A stretch of 64,000 nucleotides of DNA from Candidatus Latescibacterota bacterium. GTDB lineage: Bacteria; Latescibacterota; UBA2968. Below the pieces are notes generated by a model. The model had not been told where the DNA came from, did not search any database, and saw nothing but the letters and a program-made list of their open reading frames with translations. Below, piece by piece: positions 21,705-32,232 of the stretch; position 1 is the stretch's first letter, and each line of letters opens with the position of its first letter. The stretch covers positions 5,792,001 through 5,856,000 of the forward strand of contig OZ244960.1 in NCBI GenBank assembly GCA_965222605.1. Reading direction: 5' to 3'. A program made the position numbers and the translations under genes.

Positions 21705-23522
21705 CTACGGTCTTACCTCTGGCGAGAGTTTTACTTTAATCTGCAGAGTTGTGACGTCTGTAAAGTGAATCGCCAGTTTTCTGCGGCCTGTGTTATCGGC
21801 TTGTTTGGGATTGGGGGAGGTGGGCAAGGGGGTTGCGTCGAGAACTGTGAATACGGCTTCTGATGGTGATAAAATTTCCGCTTTGAGATGCTTGCCCCTG
21901 CGCGTTAGAAGGGCGGTTTGACCGTCGAGTTTGACGCTGGCTCTCGTGTGCATAAACCACCAGAGTTCAGACGGAGATTTGGCTTCAATGTCGTCGGTAA
22001 TCACGACATGATTTTGGTCTATCATCTCAAAGGTGCGCTGTGCGCGCGTTGCATCATCGGCATAAACGTCGGTGAGGTCGAGAATAGCCGTCGCGTGATT
22101 GGCCTCGGATTTGAAGGATGTGATGGGGCATTTGGCTTTGGGATTCTGATCCGGGCCATTGCCGGGGTTGAACACGAGGGTGTTGTGCCCTTCGGCGCGG
22201 ATGCGATAAAATTCCCACCGTTGGCGTTTGTTGCGATGTCTTTGATAGGTTTCGCGTTCCGTGCCCGAGTCGATAGCCCATCGCTCGCCAAGTGCTTCAA
22301 GGATGAATGTGCCTTGATCGAGGTGCCGGTGCATGCCCAGATTGTAATTGCCGCCAGCCTGAATGCCCAGGACCAGCGCATTGGGGTCGGTCCACGATGT
22401 GCGGAGAGTGGCAACATCAGCTTTGCGAAAGTGTTTGTTGAGGGGGAGGGTGCTCGGATCAAAGTCTTTTGCGCGGTCATCGAACCACAGCAAGTCGAGC
22501 ACAGTTCCCCTGCCGTATTGTCTGAGCGTATCGTAGCGAAACCAACTGTAGTGTTGTATGTCGTAGTGCTTGCCCATCCAGAAGTGCATGGGGGAACTCA
22601 CGCGCCGAAACCCGCAATCGGCAAAGTCAAAACTGTAGCGATCTGCCCCCGAAATGTAAATCTGATAATCTCCGCTTTCTTTGAACCCGGGGGTGGCTGC
22701 GAGATCAAAATCTGTGCCGAGTGCGCTGAACAGGCTGGACAAAAAGAGCACGTTGTAACGCGCACCATAATCCCAATAGGTGACGCCTTCGATACCCGCG
22801 CCATCCGGGGCGTAAAAATGCATCGCCAGAGGAATGCTTTTGACGCCCGCGTGGAGAATTTCGCCGGCGAGTTCTGGTTCTTCATCGGCTATGACGAGCG
22901 CGCCCATGCCAAGTCCGCCGTTGCAGACCTGGTTCCAATTGTTGTGATTGCGCGTCCACCAGGCGTTTTCGCGATAGGCCATCAAGCCGGGTTTGAGACC
23001 CTTTTCCGCTATGGCTGTGCGAAGCACGCGCCGCTGCTCTTCTGTCCAATGGTTATACAACCAGTCGTATCCAACGGCAAAGGCATAAGTCATTTCTGCG
23101 GTGTCGAGAAAGTGATCGGGATTCCAATCTTTGAATTGCGCTGCGGCTTCGAGTTCGGCCCAGGCGCGTTCCAAATGGCGTTGTTCGCCCTCCATGAGAT
23201 AGAGAAAGGCGAGTTGTCGCACCCGCTCTTTCACGCGGCGGCTGGTGGAGAGCAACCGCCTTCCATCCGGGATGCTGTATTCCGAAGGTTTTTGCGTGAG
23301 TATTTTCTGGGTTTCTCGCTTGATCCTGCGATAGATTTTTGCGGCAACAGTGTCCTGGGCAATTTGTTTTTTGATGCGTACGAGGGTGTTTGCATCCATC
23401 ATCAGGCGCGGGTGGCCAGGTTTTAAGGTCATTAGAATCTGATCCCTATCCGGAGGGGTGAATGCTTCTGCGTGAGTTTGGATACTCAGTGCGAGGATGA
23501 TTATTGAAATGATTGATTTCAT
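21705..23522 (-). CDS. Secreted heparinase II/III-like polysaccharide lyase (DUF4962-like N-terminus)
   Basis: Signal peptide, HPRL, WNPDHFLDTAEM, NNWNQVCNGG, EGVTYWDY, H.HLD.GTF, GHNT. Confidence 0.85.
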   Translation of the reverse strand: MKSIISIIILALSIQTHAEAFTPPDRDQILMTLKPGHPRLMMDANTLVRIKKQIAQDTVAAKIYRRIKRETQKILTQKPSEYSIPDGRRLLSTSRRVKERVRQLAFLYLMEGEQRHLERAWAELEAAAQFKDWNPDHFLDTAEMTYAFAVGYDWLYNHWTEEQRRVLRTAIAEKGLKPGLMAYRENAWWTRNHNNWNQVCNGGLGMGALVIADEEPELAGEILHAGVKSIPLAMHFYAPDGAGIEGVTYWDYGARYNVLFLSSLFSALGTDFDLAATPGFKESGDYQIYISGADRYSFDFADCGFRRVSSPMHFWMGKHYDIQHYSWFRYDTLRQYGRGTVLDLLWFDDRAKDFDPSTLPLNKHFRKADVATLRTSWTDPNALVLGIQAGGNYNLGMHRHLDQGTFILEALGERWAIDSGTERETYQRHRNKRQRWEFYRIRAEGHNTLVFNPGNGPDQNPKAKCPITSFKSEANHATAILDLTDVYADDATRAQRTFEMIDQNHVVITDDIEAKSPSELWWFMHTRASVKLDGQTALLTRRGKHLKAEILSPSEAVFTVLDATPLPTSPNPKQADNTGRRKLAIHFTDVTTLQIKVKLSPEVRP

Positions 23523-23544
23523 GATGCCTTTTATTTTTAACAAC

Positions 23545-23580
23545 AACGAGTTCGCCCAGTCTCCACTGAGCGAACTCGTT
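23545..23580 (-). terminator. 16-bp stem hairpin downstream of the LRR genes
   Basis: AACGAGTTCGCCCAGT-CTCC-ACTGAGCGAACTCGTT. Confidence 0.6.
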
Positions 23581-23620
23581 TGGTTATGATCTGAGATTTT
23601 CACAGGTATCTCATTTGTCT

Positions 23621-24391
23621 TTAGTCCATGGACTCCATGGCGTCCATGTTTACCTTAACGCCTTTTTTCTTCAAGGCGGCAACATGCGTGTTCATTGACA
23701 TGTCATTCAGAGCATTGCGCCTGATATTTAGTGTTGCCAGGTTGGCCAGGCCCGCGGCTGGCGCTATATCCATGACTTTGTTGTTGTTCAGCCCTAAGGT
23801 TTTCAACTCAGCCATGCCCGACACTGCCGAAATATCTGCGACTTTGTTGCCGGAAAGATTCAGATTTCTCAGTTTGGTCGCCTCAGAAAGTGCCGAAATA
23901 TCAGAGATGTTGCGGTTCACACTGAGATTCAGTATTCTCAGATTTTTCAAACCGGAAAGTGCCGATATGTCGGATACATTATTGCGGGTCAGATTTAGCG
24001 TTCTCAGTTTTTTCAAACCTGAAAGTGCCGAGAGGTCAGAGACGGCGTTGCTGTTGACGACCTTGTTTTCCACGCGCGTAGCACCAAGATTCAGTAATGT
24101 CAAATTTTTGGCATGCTCGAGGCCGCTCAAATCGCTGATGTTTGCATTTTGCGCAACAAGACGCTTCAGTTTAGCCATGTCAGCCGTGGTGATCACCGCA
24201 TCGCTCGCCATGCCCAGAGAATCTGCAATGACTGCGCGCAAATTGGCGTCGGCAATCATGACTGGTTTTGGCTCCATTTGTTTAGCGCTTTCGCTTTTTT
24301 GCTCGTTGGCTTTGTGATGGGCGGCGTCACTCGCGCCATAGCTGCATGCAACGAGGAGTGCGAGAATAAAGAGAAGATGTCGATACGTCAT
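23621..24391 (-). CDS. Internalin-like LRR protein, probable lipoprotein
   Basis: LVAC lipobox; DANLRAVI cap; repeats of L..LNL..N.ISDISALSGL. Confidence 0.9.
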   Translation of the reverse strand: MTYRHLLFILALLVACSYGASDAAHHKANEQKSESAKQMEPKPVMIADANLRAVIADSLGMASDAVITTADMAKLKRLVAQNANISDLSGLEHAKNLTLLNLGATRVENKVVNSNAVSDLSALSGLKKLRTLNLTRNNVSDISALSGLKNLRILNLSVNRNISDISALSEATKLRNLNLSGNKVADISAVSGMAELKTLGLNNNKVMDIAPAAGLANLATLNIRRNALNDMSMNTHVAALKKKGVKVNMDAMESMD

Positions 24392-24456
24392 GGGTAGTTC
24401 CTCCAAATGGATTTTTCGTGTGACGGTGAATGGAACTGTGAACTTCTCACAGATAT

Positions 24457-25332
24457 TTAGCTGTCGGTATTTACCTTAACGCCTCTTTCTTTCAAGGCGG
24501 GAATTTGCGTGTTCATTGATGTCTCACTCAGCGCGTTGCGCTTGAGATTGAGTGTTTCCAGCTTAGCCAAACCGGCGATCGGCGCGAGGTCCGCGACTTT
24601 GTTGTTGTTGAGACTCAAGGTTTTCAACTCAGCCATGCCCGACAGTGCCGAAAGGTCAGAGATTTTGTTGACATTGAGCGTCAGTTGTCTCAGATCGGTT
24701 AGACCCGATAGCGGCGCGATATCCGAGATGCCGGTGTTGCTCAGACTCAGGTTTCTCATCTTGGTTAAGCCCGATAGAGACGAAACATCGGCTATCTTTT
24801 TGTTGGCGAAAAACGACAGTACTCTCAACCTGGTCAAGCCCGACAGGACTGAGATGTCAGATATCATGTTGGCACCAAGACGCAGTTGTCTCAGATCGGT
24901 TAGACCCGATAGCGGCGAGAGGTCGGATATTGAGGTGGCGCGTTCAAGGTCCAGGTTTCTCAGCTTGGTCAAACCCGACAGCGGCGAGAGGTCGGATATA
25001 TCATTGCTGTTGACGGCCTTATTATCCACACGCGCAGCACCGAGGTCCAGATGCATCAGGCCGGTTGCATGCTCTAAGCCAGTCAAATCGCCGATGTTTG
25101 CATTTGGCGCTACAATACGCGTCAATTTTGCCATTTCAGCCGCGGTGATCGCCGCATCGCTCGCCATGTTCAGGGAATCTGCAATGACCGCGCGCAGGCT
25201 GGCATCGGAGATGGTCACTGTTTCGGTGCTTTCACTTTTTTTCTCGCTCATTTTGTGATGGACCGCATCACTCGTGCTATAGCTGCATGCAATGAGGAGG
25301 ACAAGAACAAAGGGGAGATGTCGATACATCAT
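24457..25332 (-). CDS. Internalin-like LRR protein, probable lipoprotein (tandem paralogue)
   Basis: LIAC lipobox; 22-aa LRRs; clear similarity to the neighbouring gene. Confidence 0.9.
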   Translation of the reverse strand: MMYRHLPFVLVLLIACSYSTSDAVHHKMSEKKSESTETVTISDASLRAVIADSLNMASDAAITAAEMAKLTRIVAPNANIGDLTGLEHATGLMHLDLGAARVDNKAVNSNDISDLSPLSGLTKLRNLDLERATSISDLSPLSGLTDLRQLRLGANMISDISVLSGLTRLRVLSFFANKKIADVSSLSGLTKMRNLSLSNTGISDIAPLSGLTDLRQLTLNVNKISDLSALSGMAELKTLSLNNNKVADLAPIAGLAKLETLNLKRNALSETSMNTQIPALKERGVKVNTDS

Positions 25333-25539
25333 TGAAATTTCCTCCAGAAGAGGGTGAATGAGACACGCAAAGTGCCCGTGCCAAATGGATGTGATATTGA
25401 GCACAACAACTTACGAGAGATTTCCTCCTTTCTGTTGTGGGTGCGTGTTCTTGTGTGCTCTAATCTGAGGTATGATAATATAAAAGCGGTTGATTAGTCA
25501 ATAAAAATAAGAGGTAAAATGTAAGAGAAGAGGGGATGG

Positions 25540-27288
25540 CTAACGCTTGAGGTCGAGTTGTGCTGACCACGAGGAGGTGCGGTGGTGGCTGTAGCGCGTT
25601 GACAGGCGGAAATGCGCGTTTGCCCAGGTGAGGCGCAAGCCGCGATTGGTGCCGTCTCCTGAGAGGGTGAGCAGGCGTATGCCGCCCCAGACATGGGGTT
25701 CAATGTCGTAGATACGCGCGTTGTAGGATGAGATTTTGTGGTGGGTGGCCCAAAGTGCGAGGGAAAAGCCCGTTGATTTGCCGAGTTGCATGCGAAGTCC
25801 GGCGGCGTTTCCCGAGGTACCGGCGTGAGCGCGCTGGAGCCATGCGGTCATGGTGCGTGCGGGGCGTTTGTAGATGAATGCAAGGCGAAGACTTTGGCGG
25901 GGTACGCGATTTGTGGCACTTCTGGCATCGGCGGTTAGACGTGCAGAAAATCCCCTGCTGAAGCGGTGGGTAAAATTGAGCCGCAAGCGAGCACCTCGTT
26001 CTGGCAGTGCGCTTTTCTCTGAAAGGAGATGGCCGTAGCGGTCAAGGGCGATATCGAGGCGTTTGCGTTTTGATACGCGCCAGGTCAGGCCAAAAAATGC
26101 GCCCCATTCGTTGTTTGGGGGGGAGCCGTATGCGGCATAGGGTGCGCCGTGCAAGCTGTGAAAACTGGTACCATAGTATCTGCCAATGAGGTGGAGACGC
26201 AGGATAGGCGTACCGGCGACGAGGCCGGTTATAAAAGCTCTGGGGGCGATTTCACCAAACAGGGCGATACGGTTGGTGCGGTAGAGGCCGTTCAGGCTGA
26301 ATAACATGCCTGCCTGAGCAGTGCGCGGTACGGCGGAATCACTGGCTATGTCAGACGCGATGGGTGTAAAGGCCGTGTTGAGGAATGCCAATCCAATGTG
26401 TTTTTGCGAGGAGCCAATGGCTATGTTCGCGCCTGTGAGGCGTTCGCGGAGTGCGTTTTTGCGCGCTTGTGAGGTTTCGGTGTGGTGAAGGCCGCTGGTG
26501 TAGATGCGCGTGTCAGAGCCAAAGGTCGCATCCCATGTCATTCGGCCATACATCAGGCTCCAGAACAAATGAGTGTGTGAGCCGCTCAGGTAAATGCCGC
26601 GCAGGGCACCGTGTTCTGTGCTGGTGCGATTGCCCGATTGCGTGGCAGTGCGGGCGCGTGCATAGCTCAAGCCGGTCGCGCTGCGGGTGCGGCGAGAAAA
26701 GAGCAATCCCTGTCCCCATTCTGGACGCACATCTCCGAGGATGATATCGATGTGAGAAAGGGGCAGGGCAATATATCCGGTGACGTGATCGGTAAGGGTC
26801 GGTTCTTCTGGGTCGCGTTCGGTCAGGAAAAAGGCAGAGAGATGTGCGGGTGAAGAGATTTCGAGTCGTTGATAGAGGCGCATGTCGCCAAAGCTATTGG
26901 CGCGTTTAGAAGGGCGCGTGACGCGGGATGTATATTGCAAACGCCAGGGGCGCGAGGGTGCGATGGACAGATAGGGCGCGATGAGGTCGATATGTTCTTC
27001 CGATAAACCCTGTACCTTGGCGAGTTCTGCAAGGGCGCGATAGGGGCGACGGGCGATGATCCGCCGGACGAGTTCTGGGGTGAGACCGGGCAAAATGAGC
27101 AGGTCTTTCGCGCTTGCGCGATTGAGTTCGAGGCTTATGCCTTCGAGGTCGCGCAACAAGTCATTATACGCTTCGGCTTCGTTTTCGGTGTAGATGGCGG
27201 GCGGTTGCGCGAATAGGAGCGCGGGAAGGCACAGGGTGAACACAATGTGCCATGCGAGCGTGCGGATGTGAAAGATGTGTTCTGGCAT
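25540..27288 (-). CDS. ComEA-like helix-hairpin-helix protein with probable beta-barrel C-terminus
   Basis: LNRAS..DL..LPGL....RRII..RPY..L.EL..V.GL; ERDPEE and WGQGL motifs; signal peptide. Confidence 0.75.
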   Translation of the reverse strand: MPEHIFHIRTLAWHIVFTLCLPALLFAQPPAIYTENEAEAYNDLLRDLEGISLELNRASAKDLLILPGLTPELVRRIIARRPYRALAELAKVQGLSEEHIDLIAPYLSIAPSRPWRLQYTSRVTRPSKRANSFGDMRLYQRLEISSPAHLSAFFLTERDPEEPTLTDHVTGYIALPLSHIDIILGDVRPEWGQGLLFSRRTRSATGLSYARARTATQSGNRTSTEHGALRGIYLSGSHTHLFWSLMYGRMTWDATFGSDTRIYTSGLHHTETSQARKNALRERLTGANIAIGSSQKHIGLAFLNTAFTPIASDIASDSAVPRTAQAGMLFSLNGLYRTNRIALFGEIAPRAFITGLVAGTPILRLHLIGRYYGTSFHSLHGAPYAAYGSPPNNEWGAFFGLTWRVSKRKRLDIALDRYGHLLSEKSALPERGARLRLNFTHRFSRGFSARLTADARSATNRVPRQSLRLAFIYKRPARTMTAWLQRAHAGTSGNAAGLRMQLGKSTGFSLALWATHHKISSYNARIYDIEPHVWGGIRLLTLSGDGTNRGLRLTWANAHFRLSTRYSHHRTSSWSAQLDLKR

Positions 27289-27435
27289 TGGGCGCGTTTG
27301 CGATATAAAGGTCTGAATTTACAGTAAGTTGCTTTGTTGTTGCAATAGACCTTATGCAAACGGTATGCCAGCACAGTGAACTGGTCTGGACTGCGACCAG
27401 TCATGCTCGATTTACTCGCCTTCATACACCGATCC

Positions 27436-29280
27436 TCATTTTTGATACAGTTCTATTCTGCGATTGCGGATGGTGAGCATATACATCCATGCATTTTCCC
27501 GATGGCCTTTGCCAAAGGATATTTGGCCGGTTGCACCGGGTATGTCGGTAAGGGTTTCAAGGCGGTCTCGCAGGCGGTCTCGGGTGGTGCCGCCCGCGTT
27601 TATACCGTGCAGGATGGATAGCATGGCATCGTATCCGAGGGCGGCAACGATATTCTGTTCTTTGCCAAAGCGCGAGCGGTAGGCGTTGACGAAATTTTGC
27701 ACGGATTCGAGGTGGCTCTGGTCGTAATATTTTGCGACAAAAACAGCACCATCGACATAATTGCCTCCGTCGCGAGCCACTTGATCGTGGTTCCAGCCAT
27801 CGCTGCCGAGTACCTGCGAAGAGACGAGGGCGGAGTGAAATTGAGGCGCAATGAGTAAGATGTCTTCTGCACCGCCCGCAATGAGGATGCCGTCCAGGGC
27901 TTTGACAACTTCGAGTTGCACTGTGTCGGGGTCAACTACGACGGGCGGTGGGGGGGCGATGTGTATGTTGCCGAGGATTAAGGAGTCAATTTCCGAAGCG
28001 AGACTGTCGGGTACTTGAAGTGCCAGTCCCGCGCTGCGGATGCGTTCAAATTGGCGGCGATAATCCGTGGTGCCCGGTTCATACCATTCTTGAATGAGCA
28101 CTTCGGCACCGAGATCTTCGGCTCTGGTGGCAAATTCACGGGCGATGGTCCGGCCATAATCATCTCGAGATGCGAGTGAGGCCAGCGTTCGCAAGCCCTG
28201 TTTATTCACGGCGTGTTCTGCAATATGCCTGCCCTGCGCGCCCGGTGTTGCGTTGACTTGAAAAACATAGGAACTGAGGGATGCAATGCCATCGTCTGAG
28301 GCTGTTGGAGCCACCAGAGGCACTTTTTTGGCACTGAGCATGGTTGCGATAGGCGTGGTTTCCGCGCTTGTGAGAGCGCCGATGATGGCGAGTACTTCGC
28401 GTTCTTCAACAAGGTGCTGTGCCGCGCGTGCTGCGCGAATGGGGTCGCCTTCGGAATCTTCAAATATTAATTCGATCTGGTCGTGAGATACGAGTGCATT
28501 GCGGTCTCTCGCAAGTGTGATACCGTTGCGAAGGTTTTCGCCGTTTGGGGTGCCCAATGGGGCGATGACGCCAATTTTATAGCGCGCATTTTTGGGTTCT
28601 GGAGCGGGTTGGGACGATGGAGTAGCGCGCGCGCGTATGAGGATTTGGCGCGCGTGTGCGGCAAATTGTCCGTTTGGATGGTGATCGAGAAAGAAGGACA
28701 GGTGTTTGTTGCCCGTTTTGAGGTTGCCGAATTTTATGTGCCAGTGCGCTTTGCCAAAGGCAATGGCTTCATCGATGATGGCGCGATTAAAGTCGATTTT
28801 CAGATTTTCGACCTCTGCATCGGTCAAGTTTTCGCTGCCAGATAATTGGCCCAGGCGGTCGGCTGCACGCGCTTTGGTGCGTATGTCGGCGCGGCTGGTG
28901 AGTACGCGCACATATTGTGTGGCAGCATTGTAAATCTGGTGCTGGTGAAAATAACAGTCGCCAATGATCAGGTCGGTTTCGGAGACGTATCGGCTGCGCG
29001 GGTAGTGATGTTGAAGCGCGATGGCCTCGTCCAGAGCCAGATCGTAAGCTTTCAATTTGTAGTGCGATTTTGCCAGCAGAAATCGCGCGGCAGAGGTGCG
29101 CTGGTTGGGGGGGTGTTGTTCGATAAGTTCGATAAACCCATTCCGGGCGTCTGATAATTTGTCCTGGTTATAATGGGCAAGTGCGCGTTGGAAAAGGGTT
29201 TCCGCTTTCTGACTGAAGATCTCACCCGATATTTGGGCAGAGAAGAGCAGGATAAGAAGGAGTATAGATAATTTTTTCAT
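27436..29280 (-). CDS. TPR plus type I periplasmic binding domain protein (LppC/LpoA-like)
   Basis: Signal peptide, N-terminal TPRs, KIGVIAPL...ED..GDP...AIIG, ALGYDA, GATGQISF. Confidence 0.75.
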   Translation of the reverse strand: MKKLSILLLILLFSAQISGEIFSQKAETLFQRALAHYNQDKLSDARNGFIELIEQHPPNQRTSAARFLLAKSHYKLKAYDLALDEAIALQHHYPRSRYVSETDLIIGDCYFHQHQIYNAATQYVRVLTSRADIRTKARAADRLGQLSGSENLTDAEVENLKIDFNRAIIDEAIAFGKAHWHIKFGNLKTGNKHLSFFLDHHPNGQFAAHARQILIRARATPSSQPAPEPKNARYKIGVIAPLGTPNGENLRNGITLARDRNALVSHDQIELIFEDSEGDPIRAARAAQHLVEEREVLAIIGALTSAETTPIATMLSAKKVPLVAPTASDDGIASLSSYVFQVNATPGAQGRHIAEHAVNKQGLRTLASLASRDDYGRTIAREFATRAEDLGAEVLIQEWYEPGTTDYRRQFERIRSAGLALQVPDSLASEIDSLILGNIHIAPPPPVVVDPDTVQLEVVKALDGILIAGGAEDILLIAPQFHSALVSSQVLGSDGWNHDQVARDGGNYVDGAVFVAKYYDQSHLESVQNFVNAYRSRFGKEQNIVAALGYDAMLSILHGINAGGTTRDRLRDRLETLTDIPGATGQISFGKGHRENAWMYMLTIRNRRIELYQK

Positions 29281-29786
29281 TGAACAAAGTTGATAAAATC
29301 TTCTGGATGCAGTTTTTGGAGTCGCTGTTGAAGGCGTCCGGGGGGGTGTTTTTTGGATAGTTCGGCACTTTTTTTCATCACTTTTTCATCTATGTAGATT
29401 GGCGCGTCAAATTTGAGTGCCATCAAGATCGCGTCGCTGGGGCGTGCGTCGAGTTCCAGAGGGGTTCCAGGGGAGGTGAGATGCAATTGCGCGCGATAGA
29501 TGTGGTCTATGATGTCTGTGATGAGTGCGTGTTGAACGCTGGCTTGCAGGTTTTTAATGACTGTTCTGATCAAATCGTGTGCAAATGGACGCGGCGGTTT
29601 GTAGTCATCGCCTGAGATATGAAGGGCAAGTGAGAACATTTCGCCCATTTGAATCCATATTGGCACGCGGTGGTCGCCGTCTTTTTCTTTGAGCATAATG
29701 ACCGGTTCTTCGAATTGGCGGTCGATAAATATGCCTTCGATTTGGGCTTCATAGACCATGGACGCGACCTCTGTGAGTTTTACCAA
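29277..29786 (-). CDS. Bifunctional nuclease family (DUF151)
   Basis: VPIWI, PPRPFAHDL, LDARPSDAI. Confidence 0.9.
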   Translation of the reverse strand: MVKLTEVASMVYEAQIEGIFIDRQFEEPVIMLKEKDGDHRVPIWIQMGEMFSLALHISGDDYKPPRPFAHDLIRTVIKNLQASVQHALITDIIDHIYRAQLHLTSPGTPLELDARPSDAILMALKFDAPIYIDEKVMKKSAELSKKHPPGRLQQRLQKLHPEDFINFVQ

Positions 29787-29868
29787 ATATAAAGGAGGGC
29801 AATGGAAGGGTCAAGCGGTCAGTCTAAACATACCGAGAATGATGCGGTAGTAATTTTAAGACATTTTT

Positions 29869-30315
29869 TTAGACATCAACGGTTTTTGGATGAGTTTGTG
29901 GATGTTCTTTGCGCCATTGGTCAATTTTCTGTGCATCTGCTTCTGTCAAGACAATATGCCCTTTCGCGCTGTTTGGGAGGCCAACCCCAATACCTGCTTT
30001 CGCCATGGATTTGATAATTTTTTTAATGGTGTGAGGGGAGACATTCCAGGATTTTGCCAGGCTCGATACTGTGAAAATTTCTGAAGCCTGTCCGTTAATC
30101 GTATTTTCAGGATTTTGTATGATGTCTGACAAATTCACAGCCTGGGTCGCTGCATCAATTGTGATAGATACGAGCCTCCCCTGATCGTCGTATGAAAAGA
30201 GAATATTGTCATGTTCACCATCAACACCGGCATTTTCGGTTTTGGATACGAGGCCCTGAGCCAGCGTAATTTCCAGGGTATCTGAATCGGGGAAATACAT
30301 AAATGGCTCTTTCAT
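29869..30315 (-). CDS. DUF2283-like domain plus C-terminal HTH
   Basis: YFPDSDTLEI...ILFSYDDQGRLVSITID; TVSSLAKSWNVSPHTIKK. Confidence 0.65.
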   Translation of the reverse strand: MKEPFMYFPDSDTLEITLAQGLVSKTENAGVDGEHDNILFSYDDQGRLVSITIDAATQAVNLSDIIQNPENTINGQASEIFTVSSLAKSWNVSPHTIKKIIKSMAKAGIGVGLPNSAKGHIVLTEADAQKIDQWRKEHPQTHPKTVDV

Positions 30316-30508
30316 GGTTTACTCCATATTTCCACTGTCAACTGCATCGATAATTGTCCGCAAATTTCTCAGTGTTTCAGGATGTTTTTCGAGCAGCACG
30401 GTGACAAAATAATTCGTGACGTTCATGCTCCAGCCTTGTAGCAAATTTACGCAACTACGAGAGTTATGACAACTGTAGATGGGATGTTCGCAGATGTGAA
30501 CGGCACAT

Positions 30509-31153
30509 TTAGTCCAAAACGAGTGAGACGGCGAGCCAGCCGCCTACGGGTATGATGTTGGATATGAGTTTGGGGTGGTTGGCAACGCGGCGGTTGTAGT
30601 CCTGTATGCCTCGGCGACCATCGCCTTCGGATAGTGCGCGGTGTGCGTGCCCGTGTCCATTGGCATTGTCGGCGATGATGAGGCCGCCCGGGCGCGTGTT
30701 TTCAAGGGCAAAGTCGAGGTATTTGGGATAGCTTTCTTTGTCCGCGTCGATGAAGATGAGGTCAAAAGGTCCGTCCTGCGCCGCGTTTTTCATGAGTTCT
30801 GCGCCGTCGCCCAGGCGCACGTCTGTTCGGTCTGATAGCCCGGCTTTTTCGTAGTTTTGCTGCGTGACCTCGGCGTGTTTGGGCTCAATTTCCAGGGTGA
30901 TGAATTGCCCGTTTTCGGGCAGTGCGCGGGCGAGCCAGATACCCGAATAGCCAGCGAGCGCGCCAAATTCGAGAATTTTTTTTGCGCCGATTGTCCTGGC
31001 GAGCAAATACAGGGTCTGCCCGGCTTCGGGGCTGACGGAGATTCGCGGAATACCCTGTTCGGCAGCGTTGGGCATGATGCTTTTGAGCAAGTCGTCTTCG
31101 CGGGCAAATACTTCCCGTTTATATGTGTTGAGATCGGGATAGGTTTGTTGCAT
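30509..31153 (-). CDS. O-methyltransferase (Methyltransf_3)
   Basis: ILEFGALAGYS, FDLIFIDADK..YP.Y, IIADN. Confidence 0.92.
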   Translation of the reverse strand: MQQTYPDLNTYKREVFAREDDLLKSIMPNAAEQGIPRISVSPEAGQTLYLLARTIGAKKILEFGALAGYSGIWLARALPENGQFITLEIEPKHAEVTQQNYEKAGLSDRTDVRLGDGAELMKNAAQDGPFDLIFIDADKESYPKYLDFALENTRPGGLIIADNANGHGHAHRALSEGDGRRGIQDYNRRVANHPKLISNIIPVGGWLAVSLVLD

Positions 31154-31180
31154 TGGATTATCCTTTCACTTTTCGCGCTT

Positions 31181-32224
31181 TTAGAATGTGATTCTTCTGC
31201 CTTCTTTAGCGGATTGATACGCGCCGAGGATCATTTCGACGGAGATGCGCCCCTCTTCTGGGGAGACGCGCTCATTGCTCAGACCGCGGATATAGTTGAT
31301 AAATGGACGGGGTATGGCGGCGATGCGCTCGCCCTGCCCTTTGGGTATGTCCATTTTGAATTCGGTCCAGCGATCTTCACCGAGGCGGATGTATTTGAGT
31401 GGTACGGCGTCTTCTGGTCGCGGTGCAGAGGTGGAAGGCGCGTCGCCGTAGTCCTGGATTATGGTTCCCTTGTCGCCGTAGATTTCAGTGGTGTTGACGC
31501 CTGCGACGGTGGTGGAGCCGTTGAACAATATGCCCATCATGCCAGTTTCAAAGCGGAATATTGAGACGCCGTTATCATCGGGCGCAGTATCTGTCACGAT
31601 GTTGTCGATTTCGGCCATTACTGAGACGGGGCGGCCAAAGATCCAGTAGAACCAGTCGACGGCATGGGTGGCGTCGTCGAAGTACATTCCGATATTGGCA
31701 ATGGGGTCGAGGTGCCATCTGGACGCGCCAGTGACAAAGTGGGGATTGAGCAGTACCGGGATGCAATGTCTTCGGCGAACAACCGCGATATTCCCCACTA
31801 TGCCTGTGTCAACGAGTTCTTTGATTTTGCGGTTGACCGGGTCCTGCCGCATCTGAAAGGCCATGCTAAATTTGACGCCCGATTTATTTACGGCCTCAAT
31901 GATACGATCGCAATCTTCAAGGGTGGTGGCCATGGGTTTTTGGAGCAGGATGTTTTTGCCCGCCTGAGCGGCCATCAGCGCGTATTCTGCGTGGCGATTG
32001 GTTTCGATGCCGATCATGACGGTGTCGATGTTTGGATCGCCGAGTACAGCGTCTAATGACGTGCGAAATTCCATGCCGAATTTGTCGGCGTTTTCGCGCC
32101 CGCGGTCTTTGTTGTCGTCCCATGTGGCGATGAGTTCGACATCGTCATAATGCTGCATTTGACCACAATATGCGTTGATGTGTCCGTGTGCGTGGCTGAT
32201 TACGCCAATATGAACTTTGTCCAT
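31181..32224 (-). CDS. Gfo/Idh/MocA oxidoreductase
   Basis: N-terminal Rossmann fold, LQKPMA, H.VD motif. Confidence 0.9.
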   Translation of the reverse strand: MDKVHIGVISHAHGHINAYCGQMQHYDDVELIATWDDNKDRGRENADKFGMEFRTSLDAVLGDPNIDTVMIGIETNRHAEYALMAAQAGKNILLQKPMATTLEDCDRIIEAVNKSGVKFSMAFQMRQDPVNRKIKELVDTGIVGNIAVVRRRHCIPVLLNPHFVTGASRWHLDPIANIGMYFDDATHAVDWFYWIFGRPVSVMAEIDNIVTDTAPDDNGVSIFRFETGMMGILFNGSTTVAGVNTTEIYGDKGTIIQDYGDAPSTSAPRPEDAVPLKYIRLGEDRWTEFKMDIPKGQGERIAAIPRPFINYIRGLSNERVSPEEGRISVEMILGAYQSAKEGRRITF

Positions 32225-32232
32225 AAATATTC

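Noticed and set aside
21918-23426. 502-aa + strand ORF
   Set aside because: Fully antisense to the heparinase-like gene, with no recognisable motifs
23628-25258. Repetitive + strand ORFs (229 and 249 aa)
   Set aside because: Antisense readings of the LRR repeats
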